Source: Promethearchaeota archaeon
GTDB taxonomy: Archaea; Asgardarchaeota; Lokiarchaeia; Sigyniarchaeales; SOKP01
Reading direction: 5' to 3'
Assembly (NCBI GenBank): GCA_048938445.1
Contig: JBHLME010000060.1
Location: forward strand, 1 to 25,584
Length of the DNA stretch: 25,584 nucleotides
The notes beneath the pieces are model-generated. The model did not search any database. It was given only the letters and a program-made list of their open reading frames with translations, and had not been told where the DNA came from. Positions 9,155 to 17,328 of this stretch are shown one piece after another. Each line of letters begins with the position of its first letter. Position 1 is the stretch's first letter. The translations under genes and the position numbers were made by a program.

Positions 9155-10123
9155 ATGAGATTATATACAAGAAAAATAAATCCAAAAGGGAGCATTAGTA
9201 TTTCAACATCCTCCAGTGAGGATAAATATTTCGAAGAAATTGACTCAAAAACATGTTGTAAAAATCCTAAAATCACAGAGAGTGAAGGTTATAGAGTATG
9301 TCATAATTGTGGATTTATTTTTTCTCAAATCTATGATGATACTCCACGACGGTCATACACAAATGAAGAAAAGAATAATCGTGTCATGAACGAAGTGGTA
9401 TATACTCCTATTGGACCAAGAACGGTCATAAATGGAAATAAGGATGCCAATGGTAGGTTATTAGATCCAAAATATATTTATTTTTATAGAAAGCTTTCTA
9501 AAATTAATAAAAGCATATTCTCGTCTTATGAAAGGAATTTCTACATTGCATTTCCTGTATTTGAAAGAATTAGCGAAAGATTATCACTTCCTGATAATAT
9601 TATTAAAGATGCATTAAAAATTTATAAATATGCCGTAGAGAAGAAGATGACATTAGGAAGAAGCATTGAATCATTAATATCTGCATCTATATATTGTGTT
9701 ATTCGGATTTATGGAATCCCTATAACGATGGAAGAAGTTATTGAGATCACTAATGTTCCCAAGAAAAAGTGTGTAAGAGATTTTAGCCTTGTAAGGAAGA
9801 TTATTCTTCCAAACTTGAATTTTAAAGTAAAAGTCAAGCATCTCACTCCTGAAAAATATATTTATAGATTTAGTCAGGATCTGAATCTCTCAATGAAATG
9901 CAGTAATACCGCATTAAAAATGCTAAAGGAAGCAATTAAAAATGGATATAATATCTCGGGAAGGGATCCCAAGGGTATCGCAGCAGCTTTGCTTTATAAT
10001 GCTTCACAATTAAATGGAGAGGGAAGAACCCAAAAAGAAATCTGTGATAAATCTTTAGTTACTCAAGTTACTTTAAGAAATAGGAGAAGAGAATTATCCT
10101 CATGCTTACCTTACTCAAAATAA
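9155..10123 (+). CDS. tfb: Transcription initiation factor IIB (TFB) paralog
   Basis: N-terminal zinc ribbon CC...GYRVCHNCG. Two cyclin repeats with GRSIESLISASIY and GRDPKGIAAALLY...TQKEI...VTQVTLRNR. Confidence 0.92.
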   Translation: MRLYTRKINPKGSISISTSSSEDKYFEEIDSKTCCKNPKITESEGYRVCHNCGFIFSQIYDDTPRRSYTNEEKNNRVMNEVVYTPIGPRTVINGNKDANGRLLDPKYIYFYRKLSKINKSIFSSYERNFYIAFPVFERISERLSLPDNIIKDALKIYKYAVEKKMTLGRSIESLISASIYCVIRIYGIPITMEEVIEITNVPKKKCVRDFSLVRKIILPNLNFKVKVKHLTPEKYIYRFSQDLNLSMKCSNTALKMLKEAIKNGYNISGRDPKGIAAALLYNASQLNGEGRTQKEICDKSLVTQVTLRNRRRELSSCLPYSK

Positions 10124-10236
10124 GGGGAAAAATTTTTGATGATTTTTTAAATAAATTTGAGTGTGTGTTATACGTACGAAATAAACCTTTAAAACTCTTG
10201 ATTTATATTTTAGCAAACGCTATGTGACATATAAGA

Positions 10237-10390
10237 AGAGGTAACTCCACTCATTCAACAAAAAAATTGGATTTCACGAAATAACATGTCGTTCTTCGGA
10301 TTAAGCCCTCTATTAAACTAAAAGTAAGTTTAATTCTCCTTCCTTCTATATCATTGTGTTGAGTGAGATTTTATCTCTTTCTTTCTTCTT
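10237..10390 (+). ncRNA. Candidate structured non-coding RNA
   Basis: CTCATTCAACA (10250-10260) pairs with TGTTGAGTGAG (10357-10367), and AGAGGTAA (10237-10244) with TTATCTCT (10371-10378), each with one G-U on the plus strand. Internal hairpin 10312-10334. TATA-like TTTATATT at 10202-10209 and a pyrimidine tract at the 3' end. Confidence 0.4.
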
Positions 10391-10481
10391 TCTAAAATAA
10401 ATAAATCAAAAGAGAGATTTTGAAATAATTTACATATATTAATTTAAGAAAAAATAAATTACTCAAAAAAGAAGGACTATT

Positions 10482-10631
10482 CTATTTTTCATGCCAAAAT
10501 CGGCATACATCACATTGATAAATATCAATAAATTTTACTGGTCTTAACTTTTGAGATGCCATTTTTCGTGGAATCATTAGACTCCCACATTTTTCACAAC
10601 TAAGTGAATTCTGAACATATTCCACAGTCAT
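10482..10631 (-). CDS. Zinc-ribbon microprotein, paralog 1 (49 aa; not in ORF track)
   Basis: MTVEYVQNSLSCEKCGSLMIPRKMASQKLRPVKFIDIYQCDVCRFWHEK*. AGGTGA Shine-Dalgarno-like motif upstream. Aligns without gaps to two other ORFs in the window. Confidence 0.88.
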   Translation of the reverse strand: MTVEYVQNSLSCEKCGSLMIPRKMASQKLRPVKFIDIYQCDVCRFWHEK

Positions 10632-10764
10632 TATTAATCACCTTAATTATATATAAAAAAAATTGATAAGTTTCTAAAAATTCATGTGATATGACAGTGA
10701 TATTAGCTTCGTATCATCAATCATAATAAAATTTAATAAATTGTTTTTGTATGATTTAGGTATC

Positions 10765-11319
10765 ATGGAACAAACTAACAAGCTATTTTGTTTTGGTTTA
10801 GATAATGCTGGGAAAACCACTTTATTAAATTGTATGCAAGGTAAGGAAGTATGTGAAAATCCCACCCCAACAAGAGCTTTCGATGTTATTGATATGGTCA
10901 TCGAAGATATCGAATTTATTATATGGGATGCTCCAGGACAAGTTAGGTATCGAAAGACATGGGAAAAAGGTTTAATAAAAACAGATATATTATTATTTTT
11001 AATCGATACAGCTGATAAAATTCGCTATCAAGAATCAAACTTAGAACTTAACGCGATTTTAAGAAAGCACGATGTTCAAAATGTACCCCTAGTTATTTGT
11101 TTCCATAAATTTGACTTGAAAGAAGCTCAAAATAACTTAAATGATGCTATTGAAGCATTTCATTTATCATTGATTAGAAAAAGGGAATTATATTGGCTAA
11201 AAACTTCAGTGTATCAGAACGATACCGTTGAAAATCTGAAATTCATTCTATACAACTTATTAGTGATAAAAGAAGCGAAAAATAACTTAATTGAGTTCCA
11301 GGATCTCTCTAACATTTAG
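10765..11319 (+). CDS. Arf/Arl-like small GTPase
   Basis: GLDNAGKTT (G1), PTPTRAF (G2), IWDAPGQ (G3), FHKFDL (G4 variant), KTSV (G5). ATG at 10765 preferred over TTG at 10741. Confidence 0.9.
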   Translation: MEQTNKLFCFGLDNAGKTTLLNCMQGKEVCENPTPTRAFDVIDMVIEDIEFIIWDAPGQVRYRKTWEKGLIKTDILLFLIDTADKIRYQESNLELNAILRKHDVQNVPLVICFHKFDLKEAQNNLNDAIEAFHLSLIRKRELYWLKTSVYQNDTVENLKFILYNLLVIKEAKNNLIEFQDLSNI

Positions 11320-11468
11320 ATTTTATAATACCAACGGCATATCGTGCACTGGTTTATGTTAATGAATTTCACATCACCAGGTCCTCTTGAAGCCATCTTT
11401 ACTTGATGGAGTAAACCTGCACATTTAGGACATTCAAAATCAGTATTATGTCGAGTTGTCGAAGCCAT
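11316..11468 (-). CDS. Zinc-ribbon microprotein, paralog 2 (50 aa; not in ORF track)
   Basis: MASTTRHNTDFECPKCAGLLHQVKMASRGPGDVKFININQCTICRWYYKI*. AAGTGA upstream. Stop codon overlaps that of the Arf-like gene. Confidence 0.88.
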   Translation of the reverse strand: MASTTRHNTDFECPKCAGLLHQVKMASRGPGDVKFININQCTICRWYYKI

Positions 11469-11799
11469 AAATATTCACTTTATATACTATAAAATTAATA
11501 TCTTCTATTTAAATATAAATAAAAAAAATGGATTTTATAGAGGATAGAACGAAAAAACGACTAATCAATCATAAAAAATTACTTAAGTTCCAAATTTAAG
11601 GATTTTAATACTTAAATAAGAATGCAAAAAATTTGATAGGGAGTATTATAATTTTTTTTGTTTAATGAATGAGAAAAAATTGATTAGATAATATATATCT
11701 TAATTTTTAGCTCTGCCTTGTTGAAGGATTACTATTTTACACTAATAATAAAGAAAAAAATAAATATCATAGATGATTATTTATTTATAACATGATTAT

Positions 11800-11903
11800 G
11801 AGACGAACGTATAGTTTGAAAACTCAAACAAAGGATATGTTCCCGAAGAAGGGTAAGGATTATAGCAAGTGCTATATAGAATAATCCATTTATAATTCGT
11901 CTC
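11800..11903. ncRNA. Candidate multibranched structured RNA element
   Basis: GAGACGAA (11800-11807) and TTCGTCTC (11896-11903) close three inner hairpins: GTTTGA/TCAAAC, CCC/GGG, and GGATTAT/ATAATCC with TATAGC/GCTATA. Richer in GC than its flanks. Confidence 0.4.
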
Positions 11904-12078
11904 TGATTTTGTCTGATTTTCCTAAATTTTTTTGATTCAGCGCTTCTTAATACTAGAGGCGACTTTTAATTGGAATTATTTTTGAATACTTGTTAAATAT
12001 TATAGACAAAATTTTTTATAGGATTTTTTAGTTTTACCCTAGTCTATTTTGGGCTATGGAGAGCGGTTCTTTTACCAT

Positions 12079-12090
12079 AAAGCTTAAATA
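12079..12090 (+). promoter_or_regulatory. Putative BRE-TATA promoter of dapA-asd
   Basis: AAAGCTTAAATA about 70 nt upstream of the dapA ATG. The AT-rich context makes this weak evidence. Confidence 0.35.
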
Positions 12091-12157
12091 AAATGAGGCA
12101 TAAATAGTATCTTAAATAATTATTTAATAGAAATAAATAATATTTGATGATTTAAAA

Positions 12158-13057
12158 ATGAATTTCGGATTTAAAGGAAGTATGACAGCGTTAATCACAC
12201 CTTTTGATTCAAATTTTGACATAGATGAAGACTCTCTTAGAAATTTTGTAGATTATCAAATAGAAAAAGGTTCCCATGCTTTAGTTCCATGCGGAACAAC
12301 TGGTGAATCACCAACGATGTCCCATCCTGAACATTTAAGGGTAATGGAAATAGTTATAGATCAAGCAAATGGAAGAGTTCCTGTTATCGTAGGAGCTGGA
12401 AGTAATTCAACGGCAGAAGCAATCTCATTGAGTAAAAACGCTGAAGATATTGGAGCAGACGCTATTTTATCAATTGTACCTTATTATAATAGACCGACCC
12501 AAGAAGGACTGATTCAACATTTTGAGATGATTGCAGAAAAAATTGACTTACCAATAATATTATATAACAGTCCTAGTCGAACTGGACGAAATATGGAAAC
12601 AAAAACTATCATTAAATTAAGTAAAATTGATAATATCATTGGAATTAAAGAAGCAAGCGGTAATGTCGATCAAATCACAAATATAATTTTAGAAACAAGG
12701 GATAATCCTAATTTCCAGGTAATTTCTGGTGATGATGATTTAACATTATATGTCTGTGCTCTTGGAGGCATAGGAGTAATAACTGTTGCAGCAAATATCA
12801 TTCCTGATCGTATGTCTCGATTTTTAAATGCGTGTTTAAAAAATGATTATGGTTTGGCAAATGATCTTCATTTAGAACTCTATCCATTTTTTAAAGCGTT
12901 ATTTTGTGAAACGAATCCGGGTCCAGTAAAATATATTGCGTCTAAATTGAAAATTGTAGGAACTTCAAATTGGTACATGCGACCACCATTAGTATTTCCT
13001 ACAGAAAAAAATCAAAAATTAATTAAAAAAGTCATATTGGATTTGAATATTAAATAA
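12158..13057 (+). CDS. dapA: 4-hydroxy-tetrahydrodipicolinate synthase
   Basis: TALITPF, GTTGESPT, PYYNRPTQEG, LYNSPSRTG, Schiff-base Lys in GIKEAS, SGDD and ETNPGPVK. Confidence 0.96.
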   Translation: MNFGFKGSMTALITPFDSNFDIDEDSLRNFVDYQIEKGSHALVPCGTTGESPTMSHPEHLRVMEIVIDQANGRVPVIVGAGSNSTAEAISLSKNAEDIGADAILSIVPYYNRPTQEGLIQHFEMIAEKIDLPIILYNSPSRTGRNMETKTIIKLSKIDNIIGIKEASGNVDQITNIILETRDNPNFQVISGDDDLTLYVCALGGIGVITVAANIIPDRMSRFLNACLKNDYGLANDLHLELYPFFKALFCETNPGPVKYIASKLKIVGTSNWYMRPPLVFPTEKNQKLIKKVILDLNIK

Positions 13058-13087
13058 TAGATGAAAAATAGATATGAGGTCGAATAA

Positions 13088-14182
13088 ATGTTAAAAAAAA
13101 TAAAAATTTCGATTCTTGGAGCCACGGGAATAGTAGGACAGAATTACATTCAATTGCTACAAAATCATCCATGGTTTGAAATCGTGGATGTTGCTGCCTC
13201 TCCCAGGTCAGCAGGAAAAACATATGAAGAAGCGGTAAAAGCAAAATGGCAGATGAGTATTCCTATTCCTGAAAATTTAAAACATTTAATTGTAAGGGAC
13301 GTTCAAGATTTTAGATCTATTCCTTCTGATATCAGTTTTTTGTTTTCAGCTATAAGCATGGAAACCAAGGATCAAATAAAAGAAGTAGAATTCACATATG
13401 CTAAAAGTGGAATTCCTGTTATTAGTAATAATTCTGCGCATCGATGGACTCCTGATGTTCCCATGATAATAGGAGAAATAAATCACGACCATACAAATGT
13501 AATTCCTATTCAACAAAAAAATCGAGGATTTACAAGAGGTTTTGTAATAGTTAAACCAAATTGCACTCTTCAGAGTTTCCTTACTGCGATTTATGCTTTA
13601 GAAAATGCCGAATATAAAATTGATAAATTAATAATTACTACACTTGGAGCCGTCTCTGGAGCGGGTTATCCTGGAGTGCCATCATTAGATATCATTGATA
13701 ATATCATTCCATACATTGGAAATGGAGAAGAAGAAAAAACGGAAATGGAACCAATGAAAATTTTAGGTAGTGTAGGAGAAAATGGGATAATAAACAACGA
13801 TTCTATTGAAATAAGTGCTACAAGTACAAGAGTTCCTGTTGTTGATGGTCATATGGCATGCGTAAATATGAAATTTAAAAACAAAATCCCAAAAATGGAA
13901 GAAATAATCGATATCTGGACGGAATTTAAATCGGAACCTCAAAAATTGGACTTACCATTCGCGCCAAAACAACCAATAATTTATTTGGATGATGAAAACA
14001 GGCCTCAACCTAAAAAAGATAGGGATAACGATAAAGGTATGGCTTTAACTGTCGGAAGATTAAGAAAAGACAGTGTATTTGATTTCAAATTCGTGTCATT
14101 AAGTCATAATACCATAAGAGGTGCAGCAGGAGGTTCAATTTTGACTGCTGAATTATTAAAAGCTAAAGATTTTATAACTTAA
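13088..14182 (+). CDS. asd: Aspartate-semialdehyde dehydrogenase (archaeal/eukaryotic type)
   Basis: [10 protein letters not shown], catalytic [22 protein letters not shown] and [10 protein letters not shown]. Confidence 0.96.
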   Translation: MLKKIKISILGATGIVGQNYIQLLQNHPWFEIVDVAASPRSAGKTYEEAVKAKWQMSIPIPENLKHLIVRDVQDFRSIPSDISFLFSAISMETKDQIKEVEFTYAKSGIPVISNNSAHRWTPDVPMIIGEINHDHTNVIPIQQKNRGFTRGFVIVKPNCTLQSFLTAIYALENAEYKIDKLIITTLGAVSGAGYPGVPSLDIIDNIIPYIGNGEEEKTEMEPMKILGSVGENGIINNDSIEISATSTRVPVVDGHMACVNMKFKNKIPKMEEIIDIWTEFKSEPQKLDLPFAPKQPIIYLDDENRPQPKKDRDNDKGMALTVGRLRKDSVFDFKFVSLSHNTIRGAAGGSILTAELLKAKDFIT

Positions 14183-14274
14183 ATATCTACTTAATTTGAT
14201 ATTACATTATTTTTTTTTATAATTACTGAAATTATTTAATAATGTTAAATATAGAGGTAAAATCATAAAAAAAT

Positions 14275-14442
14275 TTAATTTTCTAAAGAAAACCAATGCT
14301 TACAAGTAATGCATTGCATGATTTTGGTAAATTTTTTGGTCTCAGAGTGGTTTGTTGGAAGGAGACGTCTCACCATCTGGCCCCCACACTTATTACAAAA
14401 TTTTAACTCTACTGAACCAACTATTTTTTTAGGCATTGCCAT
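14275..14442 (-). CDS. Zinc-ribbon microprotein, paralog 3 (55 aa; not in ORF track)
   Basis: MAMPKKIVGSVELKFCNKCGGQMVRRLLPTNHSETKKFTKIMQCITCKHWFSLEN*. Same Cys spacing and KF-x2-I-x-QC motif as paralogs 1 and 2. Confidence 0.85.
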   Translation of the reverse strand: MAMPKKIVGSVELKFCNKCGGQMVRRLLPTNHSETKKFTKIMQCITCKHWFSLEN

Positions 14443-14579
14443 TTTCTAATCTTAAATTCTTTTTTTAATATCCTAAACCTATTTCTATATAGGTGGTAAA
14501 AAACCCCAATCTATCTATATATAATAATAATAAAAACAAGGATTTAAAAATTTATTCAAATACTCATTTAAGTAAAATA

Positions 14580-16469
14580 TCATCTTTGAATGATCCAAAT
14601 TGGGCTAGACCAAGCCATATTGTTATCAACTAGAAAAATTCTCACATAATAAAAGATGAAATTCTCTTTTTCGGATGAATGTTTCAACGATATTTTGTTA
14701 AACGGCTCTCTATCTACATGTTCCAATGCAATTATTTTTGAATTAAGCTCATTTTTAAGGATTACTTCATTATTCCTAATTAATTCAATTTTTTCCGTTA
14801 AGATTGGACTTATAATGCTTATTTTCAAAATACGTTTTTTAGCTAGCTTTTCAGCATCATTCAATTTAATTATTTCTCCCATAAAATATTCATCTATGCA
14901 AAATCTCAATATTACCCTAGTTCCCGTCGTTCCATAACATTTACGATCATTCAATGCTTCCCAAATTGATTTTTTAGTTAACTCCTTAGCCCATATAGCC
15001 ATTATTCCTGGAGGATAAAGTCCATTATCGGGATCGATTTGACCAGAAGGATAAAATCCAAAATGATCATCTCCACCTGCTGTAAAACCCAATTTGTATC
15101 CTTTTTGTAAAGCATCCCTTACAAAGCTTCCTTTTTTCTCTAGTATTGCCCCTCGTTTTAAAGCATGCTTACCGTATCCATAAAACTTATATCTAGGAGG
15201 TAGTGGATTATCTTCATGAGAAGGATATTCTTGATTACCCCATGTGGAATAAATTTCAACGAGTTTTTCAATTGTATTATCAAAATAATCCCAATTTCTA
15301 TAACCAGGTCTTAAAGCGGAATGATGAGAAATCATCAAAACCTTTCCTTTATAGCGTTTCAAATACTTAATGACTTTTGAAGGAGAATTATATTTATTTA
15401 TTTCAGATCGAATGATTGGGATATTTTCATCATAATGATAAATACATATATCTCCATAACCAGTATACCATGTTCCATATTCATATCCAAAAAATGAGAC
15501 AAATTCATTATCTTTATGAAATTTTTTAACAATATTACGAATTTCTTTAAAATCATCATCCGATGTCTCGTATAAGTGATCATGCTCTGTATTGGTTCCA
15601 AAATCTAAGCCAGCATCCAAAAGATTATTAAAATATTCAGCAAGATCTCTCATACCATCACTTTTATTTGTATGTCCATGAATATATCCCCAAAATAACA
15701 TTCTATCTGGTGATTTTTGTTGACATTCTATTGGATTAGAATCGAAAGAGAGATCATTAAATACACCTTTGATAATATAAATTCCTGGAGTTTGGATTAA
15801 ATTAGTCTTTGTTCTAAACAATCCTTCATGTACTTTATTTAATTCAATTTCCTCAATTTTAATCGATTTGTTATTTTTAAGATTAACACAATAAAGTTGA
15901 ATTTTTCCTTGAAATTCTTTCACTAAATTTTTATTATAGTCTTCTATTCTCAATAGGATTTTAAAATTTTTTTTGGGTATTACAATTGATGGGCATATAA
16001 TGTTAATGTGATTGAATTTATCGTTCAAAATATTTAAGATAGGGGGATTTGAGAAATAGATTTTTGTCTGGTTTGGTAATTCAATAAAAATTTCTATTTT
16101 TTTATTCATCTCTACCATCGATTGAGTTAAAGTATTAGTAATTGTAAATTTTAATTTTGTATCTTTTGGTAATCCTGAGACTTCAGAGATTAAAAATTTT
16201 ATCAACAAATCCTTTCCTGTGATAACTAATGGAATCATTTTAATAGAGGGTTCAGTAGTAATATTTGCGAAACCTTTGATACTAGGATCTTCTACTTGTA
16301 AGAGATACCAATCATTCTTATTATTTCGTCCACCTCGGAACCGAAAAATTAAAAAAGAATCTTGAGGAATATGAAAATCTATTGAAAAGGAGATTTCAAT
16401 ATTACAGAAAGTCCTTACTTTTACGTTATTAGGTAATAGCTTTAAATTCAATAATTTATATTGTTTCAT
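14580..16469 (-). CDS. PHP-fold metallohydrolase (DUF3604 / CehA-McbA-like)
   Basis: WGYIHGHTNKSDG, TEHDH, GYEY, ISHH, VEIYSTWG, GFTAGGDDH, YGTTG and terminal AWSSPIW. Confidence 0.85.
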   Translation of the reverse strand: MKQYKLLNLKLLPNNVKVRTFCNIEISFSIDFHIPQDSFLIFRFRGGRNNKNDWYLLQVEDPSIKGFANITTEPSIKMIPLVITGKDLLIKFLISEVSGLPKDTKLKFTITNTLTQSMVEMNKKIEIFIELPNQTKIYFSNPPILNILNDKFNHINIICPSIVIPKKNFKILLRIEDYNKNLVKEFQGKIQLYCVNLKNNKSIKIEEIELNKVHEGLFRTKTNLIQTPGIYIIKGVFNDLSFDSNPIECQQKSPDRMLFWGYIHGHTNKSDGMRDLAEYFNNLLDAGLDFGTNTEHDHLYETSDDDFKEIRNIVKKFHKDNEFVSFFGYEYGTWYTGYGDICIYHYDENIPIIRSEINKYNSPSKVIKYLKRYKGKVLMISHHSALRPGYRNWDYFDNTIEKLVEIYSTWGNQEYPSHEDNPLPPRYKFYGYGKHALKRGAILEKKGSFVRDALQKGYKLGFTAGGDDHFGFYPSGQIDPDNGLYPPGIMAIWAKELTKKSIWEALNDRKCYGTTGTRVILRFCIDEYFMGEIIKLNDAEKLAKKRILKISIISPILTEKIELIRNNEVILKNELNSKIIALEHVDREPFNKISLKHSSEKENFIFYYVRIFLVDNNMAWSSPIWIIQR

Positions 16470-16549
16470 AATTAAAAATTATTCATCTTTACTACAATAA
16501 AAGAGTCTTTGTAAATTAAACAATTAGATCGTCATTCTTTAAAAAATTA

Positions 16550-16753
16550 TTAAAGATAACCTTGACGAATGAGTTTTGAAATAATTTTATATTTTGCTGC
16601 TAAAAGCTCATTATTCTCCATTCGATTATTTATATTAAAGTTATATTTTTTTTCAAAATGTTCGAGTTTTTTCAGAAATATATCCCTTTTATCCATGAAT
16701 AAATGAGAGAGGATGATGTAAAAAAAAATAAATGACATCTCTGTAATATACAT
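16550..16753 (-). CDS. Possible small hypothetical protein (start uncertain, possibly MDKRDIF...)
   Basis: 67-aa ORF in the track that fills an intergenic gap. No motif recognised. Confidence 0.3.
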   Translation of the reverse strand: MYITEMSFIFFYIILSHLFMDKRDIFLKKLEHFEKKYNFNINNRMENNELLAAKYKIISKLIRQGYL

Positions 16754-16922
16754 GGTTTTAAAACCTAATATTTTTAAATCTTATAGTAATTATTGAAGTA
16801 AGATACTATTATTCATCAAAGAAAAGGTTTTTATAATAAAAATCAATTTTTGGGAAATTCCGCTGATAAGTCTAATTCTTGCAATAATCTCGATAATAGT
16901 CCCTTTCTGGAGCCGTGTTGAT

Positions 16923-17309
16923 ATGGAAACTTTAATATCAGTATGGTCTTGGGGTTTAATTTCAAGTACAGATTATGTTCAGTTTCAACTAGGATATGAG
17001 AATAACACCATTTTTTTAACTTCCGGAATCTTTATTACCCTACTTGAAGTAGTATCCATAAATATTCTCTTTATCATTACTTATAGGATTTGGAAAAAAA
17101 ATATTGACGTTTTCAATGTCAGAATCTTCAGTTTGATTTCTGCGATTATTCTCATTCTCTCGCCCATATTTCATATTATTGGAGCATATAATTCGTATAT
17201 TGAATGGTCGGAATTATATACACCTACCTTAGGTTTTATTATCCCTTTTATAAGCGCTTTTTTTGCACTCATAACAATAATTTTAGCAAATAAATATGTT
17301 AAAGAGTGA
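16923..17309 (+). CDS. Multi-pass membrane protein (probably extends upstream to about 16833)
   Basis: Three hydrophobic helices in the called ORF. The frame is open back to 16797 and encodes a further helix, IPLISLILAIISIIVPFW. Confidence 0.75.
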   Translation: METLISVWSWGLISSTDYVQFQLGYENNTIFLTSGIFITLLEVVSINILFIITYRIWKKNIDVFNVRIFSLISAIILILSPIFHIIGAYNSYIEWSELYTPTLGFIIPFISAFFALITIILANKYVKE

Positions 17310-17328
17310 TTATTTCAATAATTACACT

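Noticed and set aside
11528-11599. 23-codon ORF MDFIEDRTKKRLINHKKLLKFQI
   Set aside because: Too short, with no motif or RBS, and expected by chance.
11798-11907. SECIS or tRNA interpretation of the cloverleaf element
   Set aside because: ATGA and TGA are out of register for the SECIS quartet and no UGA-interrupted gene is adjacent. There is no T-loop or D-loop consensus for a tRNA.
11950-12075. Lysine riboswitch-like words AGAGGCG and GGAGAGC upstream of dapA
   Set aside because: They are only about 105 nt apart, the internal conserved motifs (AAAGG, GCCGAA, ACUGUC) are absent, and AGAGGCG is explained by a local hairpin with CGCTTCT. An Rfam lysine-riboswitch scan would settle it.
6723-15601. 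ORFs 6723-6929, 8228-8428, 10674-10901, 13050-13244, 14656-14937 and 15398-15601
   Set aside because: They overlap well-supported genes in antisense or alternative frames.
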